In this document: in pieces, positions 35,923 through 47,960 of the stretch | Numbering within the stretch: the stretch's first letter is position 1 | Layout of the letters: each line of letters starts with the position of its first letter | Source of the DNA: Blasia pusilla | Lineage: Eukaryota | Length of the DNA stretch: 64,000 nucleotides | Assembly (NCBI GenBank): GCA_050084515.1 | Contig: CM114271.1 | Span: forward strand, 27,218,001 to 27,282,000 | Reading direction: 5' to 3' | Position numbers and translations under genes: made by a program | Notes under the pieces: model-generated | What the model saw: only the letters and a program-made list of their open reading frames with translations | Told to the model about the DNA's origin: nothing | Database searches by the model: none

Positions 35923-37929
35923 ATGCTGAAGATGTTGCGCCTTAAGCTACCCGGAGGGTGCATTTTAATGCGGATTGTTGTTCTTATCTGTTTCTGGGCA
36001 AGTGACACCAGCGCAGAGGCTTTCGGGGTGAATTGGGGCAACATCGCGCGGCAGCCTCTTCCACCGGGAATCGTAGTGAAGATGTTGCAAGATAATAACA
36101 TTACTAGAGTGAAGCTATTTGATGCTGACTATAACACGCTGAAAGCACTCGTTGGGAGCAATATCGAGGTCATGGTGGCGGCACCGAATGATATGTTGAA
36201 ACCACTGGCGGGAAGTGAGAAAGCAGCTCGTGATTGGGTTAGGGAGAATGTGACTCGCTTTCTTTTCGATGGTGGTGTGAACATCAAGTAAGTTAACGTC
36301 TTTCTTTGGCCAGTTCAGCTCGTTACACGTAACGAGCTGCCTGCCGCCCCTCTGTTTCGAATGTTGGCCCGGCACTCGTATAGCGAACTGCATGGGAGCC
36401 AGGGGGGCCTTCTCAATTTCAATCTGTAGGCGTCCGCTCGCGAAAAGTTCAATCTAGCGTGTGGCACGAGTTGTCCAGGGAATTAGATGCCGAAGTGCTA
36501 GTGGTAGATGAGGTCTTGAATTGTTGTCAAGGCGGGATGCTCGATCTATTCCCTTAGTTGAGTTAGTGTGGTCGGAGAGCGTGGATTTTTTGGAAGGATC
36601 GCTGCTGTCACGTTTTCTGTATCTCCATGCTTCACTAGATCATTAAGAGTTTTCATTCAAGGTCCCCTCCGCGTATGGTCAAGATGTAGTTTATGTGCAC
36701 CATCGCTAGACTGGGTCTCCATGTGCATCAAATTCAAATGGCAGTCAGATTGTTCCTAAGATTCTAATTCGTCTCTACAATGCAGGTATGTAGCCGTTGG
36801 CAATGAACCTTTTCTGATAGCCTACAATGGCAGCTACCAAAACGTGACATTCCCCGCACTACAAAATATTCAGAAGGCGCTAGACGAGGCGGGTCACGGC
36901 GACAAGATTTTTGCAACTATTCCCTTCAACGCAGATGTACTCTGCGGGCCAACTGTAGATTGTTCATCACCGTCACAAGGAGTGTTCAGGCCCGACATAT
37001 CCGACCTTATGACAGGAATCTCGGCATCCTTAAATCGGACAGGAGCTCCTTTCAGCCTGAACATATACCCATTTCTCAGTCTAGCCTTGACTCCCGACTT
37101 TCCGTTGGAGTACGCCTTCTTTGATGAGTTTAGTCTTGTCGATCAGGGAACAGGTTCTGTCTACACCAACACGTTTGACGCAAGCTATGATACTCTTGTT
37201 GCGGCTTTGAACAAGGCCGGATTTCCAAATATGCACATCATTATTGGAGAGATCGGTTGGCCAACCGATGGGAATCAGTTCGCAAGTCTCGAGTATGCCC
37301 AGAAGTTCAACAATCAAGCCATGGCGCATCTTAAGCAAAGGAAGGGAACTCCCCTGCGTCCAAACATCGAGTTGGATGTTTATTTGTTCGGTCTGCTCGA
37401 TGAGAATTTGAAAAGTATTGATCCTGGTTCTTTCGAGAGGCACTGGGGTATATTTTACTACGACGGTAACCCTAAGTACGCGTTAGATCTTTCTGGTCAA
37501 GGAGATGCGAATGCCTGGCCGAAGCCTGCCGTGGGTGTAGACTACCTGGAGCCCAGGTGGTGTATCGTGAACCCCAGCGCTTTGGTAGATCCCCAGCTTC
37601 TAGCTACGAACGTCGATTACGCGTGTCAACGCACCGATTGCAGTGCCCTTCAAACGGGAGGCTCGTGCTTTGCGCTGGATCCCAAAACAAAGGCCTCCTA
37701 CGCCTTCAACAATTACTACCAGTTCAATTATCAAGATCAGTTTGCTTGCGATTTTGATGGCCTCGCCACGTTAGTGTCCAGCGATCCTTCTCCAAGTGCT
37801 CGACAGTGCAGATTTCAAATCGGATTGAACTACAAACCTCTCACAGCATCCGGCACCAGGTACCATGCGGAATTGTCCGCCACCGCGTTTGCCGTGGTAA
37901 TCGTCGCCTTGTTCCTATCTTATTTTTGA
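35923..37929 (+). CDS. Glucan endo-1,3-beta-glucosidase (GH17) with X8/CBM43 domain and likely GPI-anchor tail; exons 35923-36287 and 36786-37929
   Basis: Signal-peptide-like N-terminus then FGVNWG and VKLFDAD. The GTAAGT...TGCAG intron splices to NIKYVAVGNEPF. Also IIIGEIGWPTDG and FERHWGIF, an X8 Cys pattern (WCIV...YACQRTDCSAL...SC...ASYAFNNYYQ...ACDFDG) and a hydrophobic C-terminus. No stops. The start could instead be ATG 35932 or 35968. Confidence 0.95.
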
Positions 37930-38924
37930 TATCGCAGTCCGACTCACAAATAGCTTTAGTGTAAATTACGTAATTGATCATTGTTTTTCCTGGAATAACC
38001 CTCCTAGCGGGTGGTGTAGATTGCGTCTTCGAGTCGTGGTTGACGGGTACACTATTAGCGGGGGAAATATGGTTGTGCACACCATTTAAGTGCCGACGAC
38101 AGACTTGGAAGGTAGTTTTACCTGGGAGTTATGGGGTAAGGGACATGTGAACTAGCACAGCTGGAGAGAGCGACTGGGCTCAGATCCATATTTTCCTACG
38201 AATGTCAGAGTTCTGTTTTTGAAATCAAACGGGCAATTACTGTCCTTCCGTAATTGACGAGGTCAATACTCGTGCATTGCTCTCGGTTTGGACCGTTTTG
38301 GAATTCTCCGACAGCCTGGACCTCTCGGCAATTTTTTGAATACGCGCGCACACTTTTCAGCTGTATGAGATGGATGGATGGGTTTAGGTGGTGGGTCGGT
38401 CGCACAGTGTGTACGTTGATATATATCGTCCGAGTTAGTTTCATACTGCGGATTTCGTCGCCTTCAGGCAAAATCGCCGACTATTCCTGTAGTTCGAGCT
38501 ATCGTGTGTGGAGATCGAGACAAAGTAACTTAAGATGAACGCTCGAGCCCTCGTACTAGTAACTAGACCACTCGAGTCTCGACTACCCACTCGACCCTGA
38601 AAGAGGAAAGTAATAATGCCAACGACTTTTGAATTTGAAAGTAGAACGTACAACTTCCCATATGCGTCTCGTTCACTGTCAGAACGGTAGACGGCGGAAT
38701 CCGACACGCGTGTCGAACGGCAATGTTGTCAGTCGGGATGAAGTTTCTAGACTCACACCGACGAATCACAGCTCACGGAAGCGCCGAAATACCATCCGCC
38801 ATCTGTCCACCTGATACACAAACTTGTCAAAGCTACGTCCACAACTTCGCCAGAGTTTGCCGACGAAATGTATCGCTCATGGTAAGCATTTCATGTGCTA
38901 TTCAACTTTTCTCGGACTCTTAAG

Positions 38925-41900
38925 AGGCCGTGCACGGCACTTACTATGCACGGGAAATTAAAAAGAGTTTGAACAATCCATCGAGAACTAATGATTAATG
39001 ACACCTCGCACAAATGTAAAATTGTTTCTTTTCATGTGAATTTTCTTTTTTATGTCACGTGTCAAACAGAAGGGGTTCCAAATAAAAAAAGTAATTTATT
39101 ATATAAACTAGATTAATAAAATATTCATATCTGAAAACATAAGAATGCGGAGAAGTGTTTTTAGATCCACTAATAAAAATGCATCAAAATTTAGCATATA
39201 TAGAATTAATCATATCAATAAATGAAACATTATAAAATTTAGAAAATGCATATTAATATAAAATTTCACATATATAATTTTTTAAAATTTAATTTAGCAC
39301 TTCATTATATACAAAATTCTTAGTGTGAATATTTATTTTGTTAGTAGCATTTTCATTATCTGTCATAATATGAATATAATTCCTCGAGCCTACTCTTGAC
39401 AAGGCAACATACAATTGCCCATGAGAAAATACTGGATTGGGCAAGTAAATACCAATTCTATCTAATGTTTGACTTTGAGACTTATTAATAGTCATTGCAA
39501 AAGTAGGACGGATAGGAAATTGAAATTGTCGTAAATCAAAAGGTAGGCCCGAATCAGAAGCAATCAATGGAATGCGTGGAATGAAAACTCGAGCTCCAAT
39601 GTTTTTTCTCGTGATAATTGTTGCATGTATAAGATGTCGACTAAAGCCAGTTATCACCAGCCGAGTCCCGATTATGAACAATCAATCTCACAATACTTGG
39701 TTGCTCTGCATGTAGACTAAACTTGAAGATTCGCCAACATGCTTCTGAAGAAGAAACATACCTTCATACCATACAATATAAATATTGTTAGAGACCCACA
39801 TAATATCATAGGAAAAATTGGGAGATCTTGAAAGATAGAAGGGATCAAAATACCTTGCATCAAGATATAATGATGTCTCATCAATAGTATCCTCTCCTGA
39901 TGTAGTATTTGCCAAGGTATATGATATGGCATCAGATCCTTTGTACACAAACTTATAAAAGTATTTTACTGCCAAGATGCTATTTGTTATCTCCATATTG
40001 ATATGAAAATCAAATAAAGTAGATAACATTGGATTGTATGGAACCACCCAACGATTATCAAAGTCATGATTTGACTTATTAATCAATCTGCCATTATCAC
40101 GCCTGCATAAACACATACAGAAGTATGTTAATAGTTGGGGAAAAAAGATAACACACTTAATAGAAGAACATTAAATGACGAAATAAACAAGAAAACCAAT
40201 GAATTACCTCTTATAGATAGGATATCCATCCTCATTCTCCATTGTAATTGATGCAAAGGGCATTGGGTATCCTTTGGAACATTTTTTGGTCGTTTTATCC
40301 GTGCAAGGTGCAGTTGGATGTGCTATTCCACACGGACCATGAATCATACAATTTCTTACAGTACAATGTAGCCTAGGATGAGTCATGGGATTCGAAATCT
40401 CAGCAGATATGATATCGCACATGTGGTAGCCCTCTCTTTTGGAACTCGACCACATGAACGCATCCTACCACTCGACCCAAAATATGCTTATCCAATATAA
40501 TTCTCAACAAATCCTTCTTCTTTTGTTGGAAAACACGTACAACCAGGTCAGGACGATCAGACGTTGATTGCCCATGAAGCAGAGCAGAAGTAATCTCTAG
40601 CCATTTAGGATTGCAAGTCATAGTCAAAAAATAGTCAGGCTTCCCAAAATGTCTCACAATGGCCATAGCATCATGGTACAATTGATGCATGTGACGGGGT
40701 CCTCCTATGAAAGACGAAGGTAAGATAATACGTCTCCCTATGCCTTGACCGTTAACATCATGCCGAGTCATGGCATCTCTGACTCCTTGGTATAAATCAG
40801 CTCTCAACTCTTTTTGATGCAATCGTATCCAAGTTAGCCGTTGCATTTCGATAGTCACATACATATCCACCATATACTCTTGAGTAAGACGACCAAACCT
40901 CAACAACCGATTATTATCCATAGCGTTAGTTTGCATTTGAAGTCTGAATGAAGCAAATTGTAAAGCTGTAATAGTCTTTGAACTCGCCTCATGAGTGGTA
41001 ACCTCACCTTGAATTCCTCCTTGTACAATATCATCTCTATCTTCGTCCATCATAGCATCCCCTCTTAACGGCAGATCATCTCTATGATCATATTGCCCTT
41101 GCAAAGGTATCCCAGGATGCTAACCTGCTTCACCATAAACAAAAGGAAAAACAAAGTGCAATGGGATATATGCTTCATTCAAGTCTGATAGACAATGAAT
41201 CCCTCCTCCATGTAAGTGAACAATAATATCACGTCCTTCTACTGGCTCACTCCTATCTCTAGACAAGATAGCTGCAATCTCTGAAGCAACAGGCAAGGTG
41301 TATCGTTTTGCATCGAGACCTCGCTTACTACCCTTAAGAACAATATGAAAGTCAGAATTATATGGATCAATAGCCACATTTCGAAATAAAGCCACATATG
41401 GATTATGGGCATGTAATATATCTTGTAATCCCCTTAAGATCTCTGGCCTCAATTGATCCCGATAATCTCCACTCATAATCCTTCTTCTATGTTCCATCTG
41501 ATGCTCATCATCATGAATATAAATTTGCGCAAATTGTGGAGGAGCACCACTTTCAGCATGAAGAGGTCCAATAGAATAATATACACCACCTTGAATCCTG
41601 AAGTTTCCTGTACCGCCTCGTTGCTCTGTCACATGTGCCCCAGTAGATGCCAATTGAAGAGCACTATTATAGGCACGTGCATTACGCAAAAAATGAAGAC
41701 TATTTGAACTCATACCAGAAAGTAATTCTGCTAGTATAGAAGGTGAAGCTGTCATATACTAAAAGGCAACACATACTAAAAGGCGAGCTTATAAACCTAG
41801 TATACTTCACTCTCTCACATTTCCAATGTAGAGCATTGCAAGTCGGACAAACAACATTCATAAGTCCAACACTAAAACGACCAGTCATACTATCAATACG

Positions 41901-44900
41901 ATCTCCCAACCTAAGAATTCGAATGTGATTCTCTTCAAAGTTAGGAATACGTGCAATATTGAGCAACTTTTTCAAGTTCACAACCCTTCTAGATCCCACA
42001 TTTGGAATCAAGGCATATACATTGTCTTCATTTTCTTCCATGTGGCCTTCACGATTGGCTGCATTGGCATCGCTCCTTATCAACGGATCACAAACATGTG
42101 CAATCTCATGTACTTCATCCAAATGTGATCTCACATTTGGAATCGAGGCATGTACATTGTCTTCATTCACTTCTATGTGGCCTTCACGATTAGGTCCATT
42201 GGCATCATTCCTTATCAACGAATCGCCAACATGTGCAATCTCATGTACTTCATCTAAATGAGCACGTCTTCTTCTTTGGCCCTCAGCTCGAGCAACTTGA
42301 AGCATGTGAGATAATCGTAGAGGATTGGTAGGAACTGGAAGCCTGCAAGCAGAGGTTAAGAAATTAATATATATGATTATAATAAGAATAAAAATACATA
42401 CAAACATATCTATATTAAAATTGAGTATATAGTTTAGAAATATACATTGAAGATGGAAAGACCAAAATCCTAGAGTTTGGAATAGCTTCAACTTCATGAT
42501 GTACCATAATTGGCCTGCAAAAAAATTTGTTATTAGAAATCATTCATAAAAATTTAAGACCAAGTAGGAAGCATCAATAATAAAAGTATGTAAAGCAGAC
42601 CTTGTATTAGCTTGAGTATGAAAGTCATTAGTAGTCATAGCCTCGACTTCCTCTGTAGGAAGAAGATTCACAGACATTCGCTTGGGCCAAATTATTGTGC
42701 CTTCTTCTCTGGCCTTGTGCTCGTGCAACTTGAAGCATACCATGTAATCCCCGAGGGTTGGACGGAAGTGGAAGACTGAGAAAAACAATATTAATAAAAA
42801 TCAAGTCAAACTAATTAAATTAAAAAAATCACATTAAAAAAAACCAATAAAAAATAAGAAATTAATGAATGGATGAAACATACATTGGAGACGATGTAGA
42901 GTCTATTAAAGCATGAAGATTTCCATTGGAAGGTGTTGCTACCAACATGAACAAAGAATAAAAAAAAAGTCATAATACGAAAAAAAATTATAACTATTAT
43001 TACAATAAAAAGTAAAAATGTTATACATAAATAAATACCTTCTAGTATTTGCGCCTGGTGAGTCATCGATGATGGGTGGTTGTAATTCTTCCATCAATGG
43101 AACATTCACAACAGCTTCAATAGATCTCAATTCAACTAATTTAGCATGTCTTCGCTTTTGTCCTTGAGCTCTCACAATTTGATATTATATCACGTAATCG
43201 TTGCGGGTTCGATGAATTTGGAAGTCTACATCACAAACATGAAAGATATTAAAGTCACACAACAAATCTAGAGTGTGCACATATGGTTACGATATCATTC
43301 TATAATCATAATGCTAAGTATCCTTGCATTGGAGATGACAAAGTCGTTGAATGAGTTACAAATCGCATATCTTGAAGCGCCCTTCTGTTTCTTTGAGAAG
43401 CAACCCTTCGAGCCTTCTTATATGCAAGCTTCTCAGTTTCCTCCGAAATCCGTATAGAAGATGGAGCACTATATGAAATATGGTGATCATGCTCCACATT
43501 AGGTAAAGAGACTACATTGGTGATGTCTGCGAATGGTCTTTTTTCATTTTGCCTCAATGGTTCCTCTTGAGATTCATGCATCTTGTGACAATATCAACCA
43601 TCTGACCAAAATATGTATTGTCAATATATAGAAAAATAATAGAAGAAAAGTGAACAATTTGTAAACAAAATTTATACTCAAGATTTGGTCTGTGAATATT
43701 ATAATCTATATTAAAAAATAAATTTACACATAACTGAAGTTTTTATAAAAATCTGAAATAGGAAAATCATTCTAACGGGCAATGAGACTCGGCCGTACTC
43801 ATCTCACTTGAGTCCTTAGAGCAAATTGTATGACAATCACTAATTTCCCATGACCCCGACCCGCAACAATCACGTACAAATGAATGGCTAGATGCTATAG
43901 GGTCTGAGGAAGGGATTCAATCATGTGTGGAATCTGTATCTCCTTCTCCCTCATTACTTCCAACTACTTCTTGTGAAATAGAATGATGATTCACCACAGG
44001 TGTGGTTAAAATCCTAGATGCACTCTCATCATAACTACAACTCTAACCATTTCTCAAAGGGCTTATGCTAAAATTAGGAGCATTAATCCCATTTTCGAAA
44101 ATTGGCAATGGTACATAGCTAGGACTTAAAACCTTATCCATATTTTCAAAAATCGGCGATGGAACATAACCACGACTTGAAGCATTATTCCTATTTTCAA
44201 CGATCGGCGATGGGACATACTCCGGACTTGATATTTGTATCACCTCTACGACGTCGACATCTATAGGTGTATAATCCCTTTCTTGTTCATCAAGAGGAAC
44301 GTAGAACTCACCATCGCTAAAGCGTAATTCGTCAACACTCATTTATAAAGTATCCTGCATTATCCACACAATTATTTTAATAAAAGAAAATTTTCAAAAT
44401 AATAAAAGAAATACTCAATAGAAAAGGATACTAAATCTCCACACCTGAATATTAGAACACAAGCTGAGAAGACTTACTTTTTTGACTCACTCTACTCCCA
44501 AAGAAATGAAACTTGATCGTTTGCTCAACTCAACAATCTCAAACAGACATATATGAGAACAAAACGAACATGGATTTGATGATTAATTGGATATACACAA
44601 TAGATAGTACTCTCTAGGCTACTTATCTCCAATATCTCGACTATATGCACTTATGTCTAAATCCCCACAATCCATACACCTATATTCCAGGTCGAACCCA
44701 TCACCAACATACCATCCCTCGGAATCATAGAGGGAAGTGGAGGAATATTCTCCATCGTCAAGTTCTTCAAGACCAAGACAAATATCTACAGAATATCTCT
44801 CATTACTATTGAGAGTAATCACAATTTCCTCGCCTATTGAGACTTCTCTAACCTCATGAGTCTCATTGAAACCATTTGAAATAGGAGCAAAAAATTTAGG

Positions 44901-45600
44901 GTCCACATCAAATAATTTTTGTTTCCTTTCAAAGCGAGATAATGAAAATATATGTTCATCTCTCTACCAAATATTCAGGACTCGTATTTATTACAATTTC
45001 TTCCACAATTATCGGCCTCTTGCATCTCGATGAGAGAGTTGACATGGCGTAAGCTAGTTAGGCTCACTCCGCATAGGCAATATTATTCACTGCAAATTTA
45101 AAAAGAGCATATTAAAATTTCAACATAAATTAGATAATTCAAGAAAAAAAAAACTACTAATATAATTTCATAAGACTCAAATAATAAAAACGCTATAAAA
45201 TTTGTAAGAGAACCAAATCCGGGCATAAGAAAAAAGATTTTCATAACTAAAACCCAAAGTCCCCCTAGCTCTTGACATATCTCAGGGCTATGTGAGTAAG
45301 GCCGAGTCATGAAGTGCGGGCCAATTGGGTCGGGTTCGAGCCCCGCTTCGAGCAGGAATATGTTTCCACACTGCCCATCCTCTAGTGGCATTGACAACTG
45401 ATAAAGGTCACCCACGTAACTTGCAAGTAGCAAAACGAGATGGTCGCGTTTTTCCGCTCTTGTAGTCTCCGCGGGTAGTTGAGGGATGAACGTAAGGGTT
45501 CTAGAGGACATAAATTCGATTCAAGAAAAAAAAAAACTACTAATATAAGCTAGGAAGAAAGAGCTATAAAATTTGAAAGAAGGGGATCATGGTTTGTCGC
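38925..45600 (-). mobile_element. Helitron 1 (decayed, internally deleted RepHel); boundaries approximate
   Basis: CPTCNALHWKCE...CC, ARAYNSAL, FAQIYIHD, ILPSSFIGGPRHM, YFLTMTCNPKW, VEFQKRGLPH (HUH Rep), MIHGPCG, DNRWVVPYNP, and the Pif1 C-terminus FAMTINKSQ...[13 protein letters not shown]. Multi-exon, with stops. Confidence 0.9.
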
Positions 45601-47960
45601 AAAGTCCCGCTAGCTCTTGCTACGTTCGAGAACAATGAAGTGGTGAGCAGTAGCTCACCCCTCCCGGCGGTATGGTCGCACCGACCTCATATGGAGTTTC
45701 TGCATTCTTGGGGGGGAATTGTGAGGCATTGACTCGCCCATTATGCTCTAGATACGGGCATGCTGGACTTCTACACTCCAAGGCTCCAACGCATTGGCGG
45801 CGGGAGACAATCCAAGGACCATCTAGAATTGAAGCACTAGTTTCGTTGAAGCCTGCACCATCAATGACAATTAGACTTTCTATCCATAACCTTCAAGCGT
45901 CCTCCATCTATCATTTGAGCAGGAGCAACAAGTGGAAGCAACTCAAAAATGCAATTACCATCGTACGTGGGCGGCAGCTCGTCGACAAGAATGTACTTGA
46001 ATATTTTAAAGGGCAAAGACGATAGCAAACTATTTCCTGATACACACAAGAGGAACGAGTAGGCGGACAGAGGGCCCGGTAGGTGTCCGACAGATCCACT
46101 GAGGTTGACGACATCCGGAATGTCTTCAGGAAGTACAACATTGTTACGAGCGTGTGAAGTTGGAGTCGATGCCGGATCTACTGAGCTAGGAGTTGCAAAC
46201 GTAGAGCTCAGTGCACTAGGAAATTCTCGACCGTCTACTTAGGAAACAGAGGAATTCAGAGGCAAGCGGTAAACTCTGTTTTGACCATTGCTAGAGGTAG
46301 GAGATTCCATTCTTTACAGTTTGCAATCACTGGTTGGACTGTCTCTCCTATTATGTCCTCCGTACAGTCCACCCTAACATCCTTGGATACAAAGACGGTT
46401 CTAATTTGGAGAAGAAATCGAACTGAGAGAAAATTTTCATCCATTGGTATGAAAGACTCACGAGCTTGCGATCGAACTATTTCTGATTGAGGAAGGGCCG
46501 CTAGATGACTGCCACAAGTGAGCTTCATATAATTATCCATTCCCAGAAGATTCCACCGGGATGAGACTGAGATTAAGAATGAGAATGTGAATGAGAATGT
46601 TTAATTTATAGTGAATAGTGACTCAGATTCTCCTAACAGAATTTGACTGACAAGATGTTGTTTGCTAAGTGAGATTGTCAGACGGAATGGATTCAATCCT
46701 CTTGGAACCTGTTGGAGTCCGATGGGTTGTAGAATCTGGGAATCAGACACGTGGGTTGCGAAGCTCAGAGTTCCATTTTTGTTAGTGTCCCAATGCGAGT
46801 TGCAACCTTTTAGAGTCCGTTGGGTTGGTATCCCCTTCTTGTCCGACCAATGTGATTTGAGTCGAGATTGCTAGCATCAAACACGAGACATCGCATGGAT
46901 TTGCTACGGCAACCCATTGGGGACTGTTACGGGATCCAAAGGTACCTAACCTTGCTTTCCCTTTTGAATCTCGAGTCGATTTCTCTTATTCAATTAACCG
47001 TCCAAACCGTGAGTGCAATTTTGCGGTATGTTGGGAAGTGGACAACTTCGCGTAGACCTTGTAACCCGTCGGAGGGCAACGGGTTGCCTTGGAACTATGC
47101 TTTGTTACATTGTTACCCGAGGGAGAGAAAAGCGTGCAACTTTTCGGTATTCGACTGGTTGCCGGTACCTCTCCTTGTAACCCGAAGATGAGGGAAGCGT
47201 GCAACCCGTCGACCTCCGACGGGTTGCGCGGGCACCTTGCCTTGTAACGCCAACATGCAGGAAGCGTGAAACCCGTAGGCCTCCGACGGGTTTCACGGGT
47301 ACCTCGCCTTGTTATCCCAAGACGAGGGAAGCGTGCAAACCCCCGGTCTTCGACGGGTTGCGTGGGTACCTTGGGTTGTTACCCCAAGACGGGGGAGGCG
47401 TGCAACCCCCCGGTCTCCGATGAGTTGCGCGGGTACCTCGCGTTGTTACCCGAAGACGGGGGAGGCGTGCAACCTGTCGGTCTCCGACGGGTTGCCAAGG
47501 TAGCTTGGCTTGTTACCCGAGGAGGACGGATGCGTGCAACCCATGGGTCTCGGACAAGTTTCCTGGGCAACTCGCCCTGCATCCCCAAGACGCGGAAAAC
47601 GTCCAACCCGTCGGAGACCGTCGGGTTGGCCGGGTTCCTACGTCCAAAGTTCCATAATGGCCGATACGTCACCGTCGGTACGCCGATACGCCGGTGCGAC
47701 CTAACGGTCAGCTCAACGGCTCAAAAAGTATAAATACCCGAGGTTTCGCTCATTTCCATTTTTTGTTTCGCGATTTCATGTGCTCTTCCGCGCAGTAGCT
47801 GACCATATACCAAGGGGAGTGAGGAGGGTGAGGGCTCTTCATCACGAAACACAAAGAGAGTTGGGTCTAGGGTCACGGCGACTCATCGCGAGACCATTCG
47901 AGGGAATTTTTTTGCACAGAAAGAGACTAGACTGTCAAGGAGGAAGCATTGACGAGAACC

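Noticed and set aside
38205-38923. Short ORFs downstream of GH17
   Set aside because: They have no recognisable motifs and are probably 3' UTR or intergenic.
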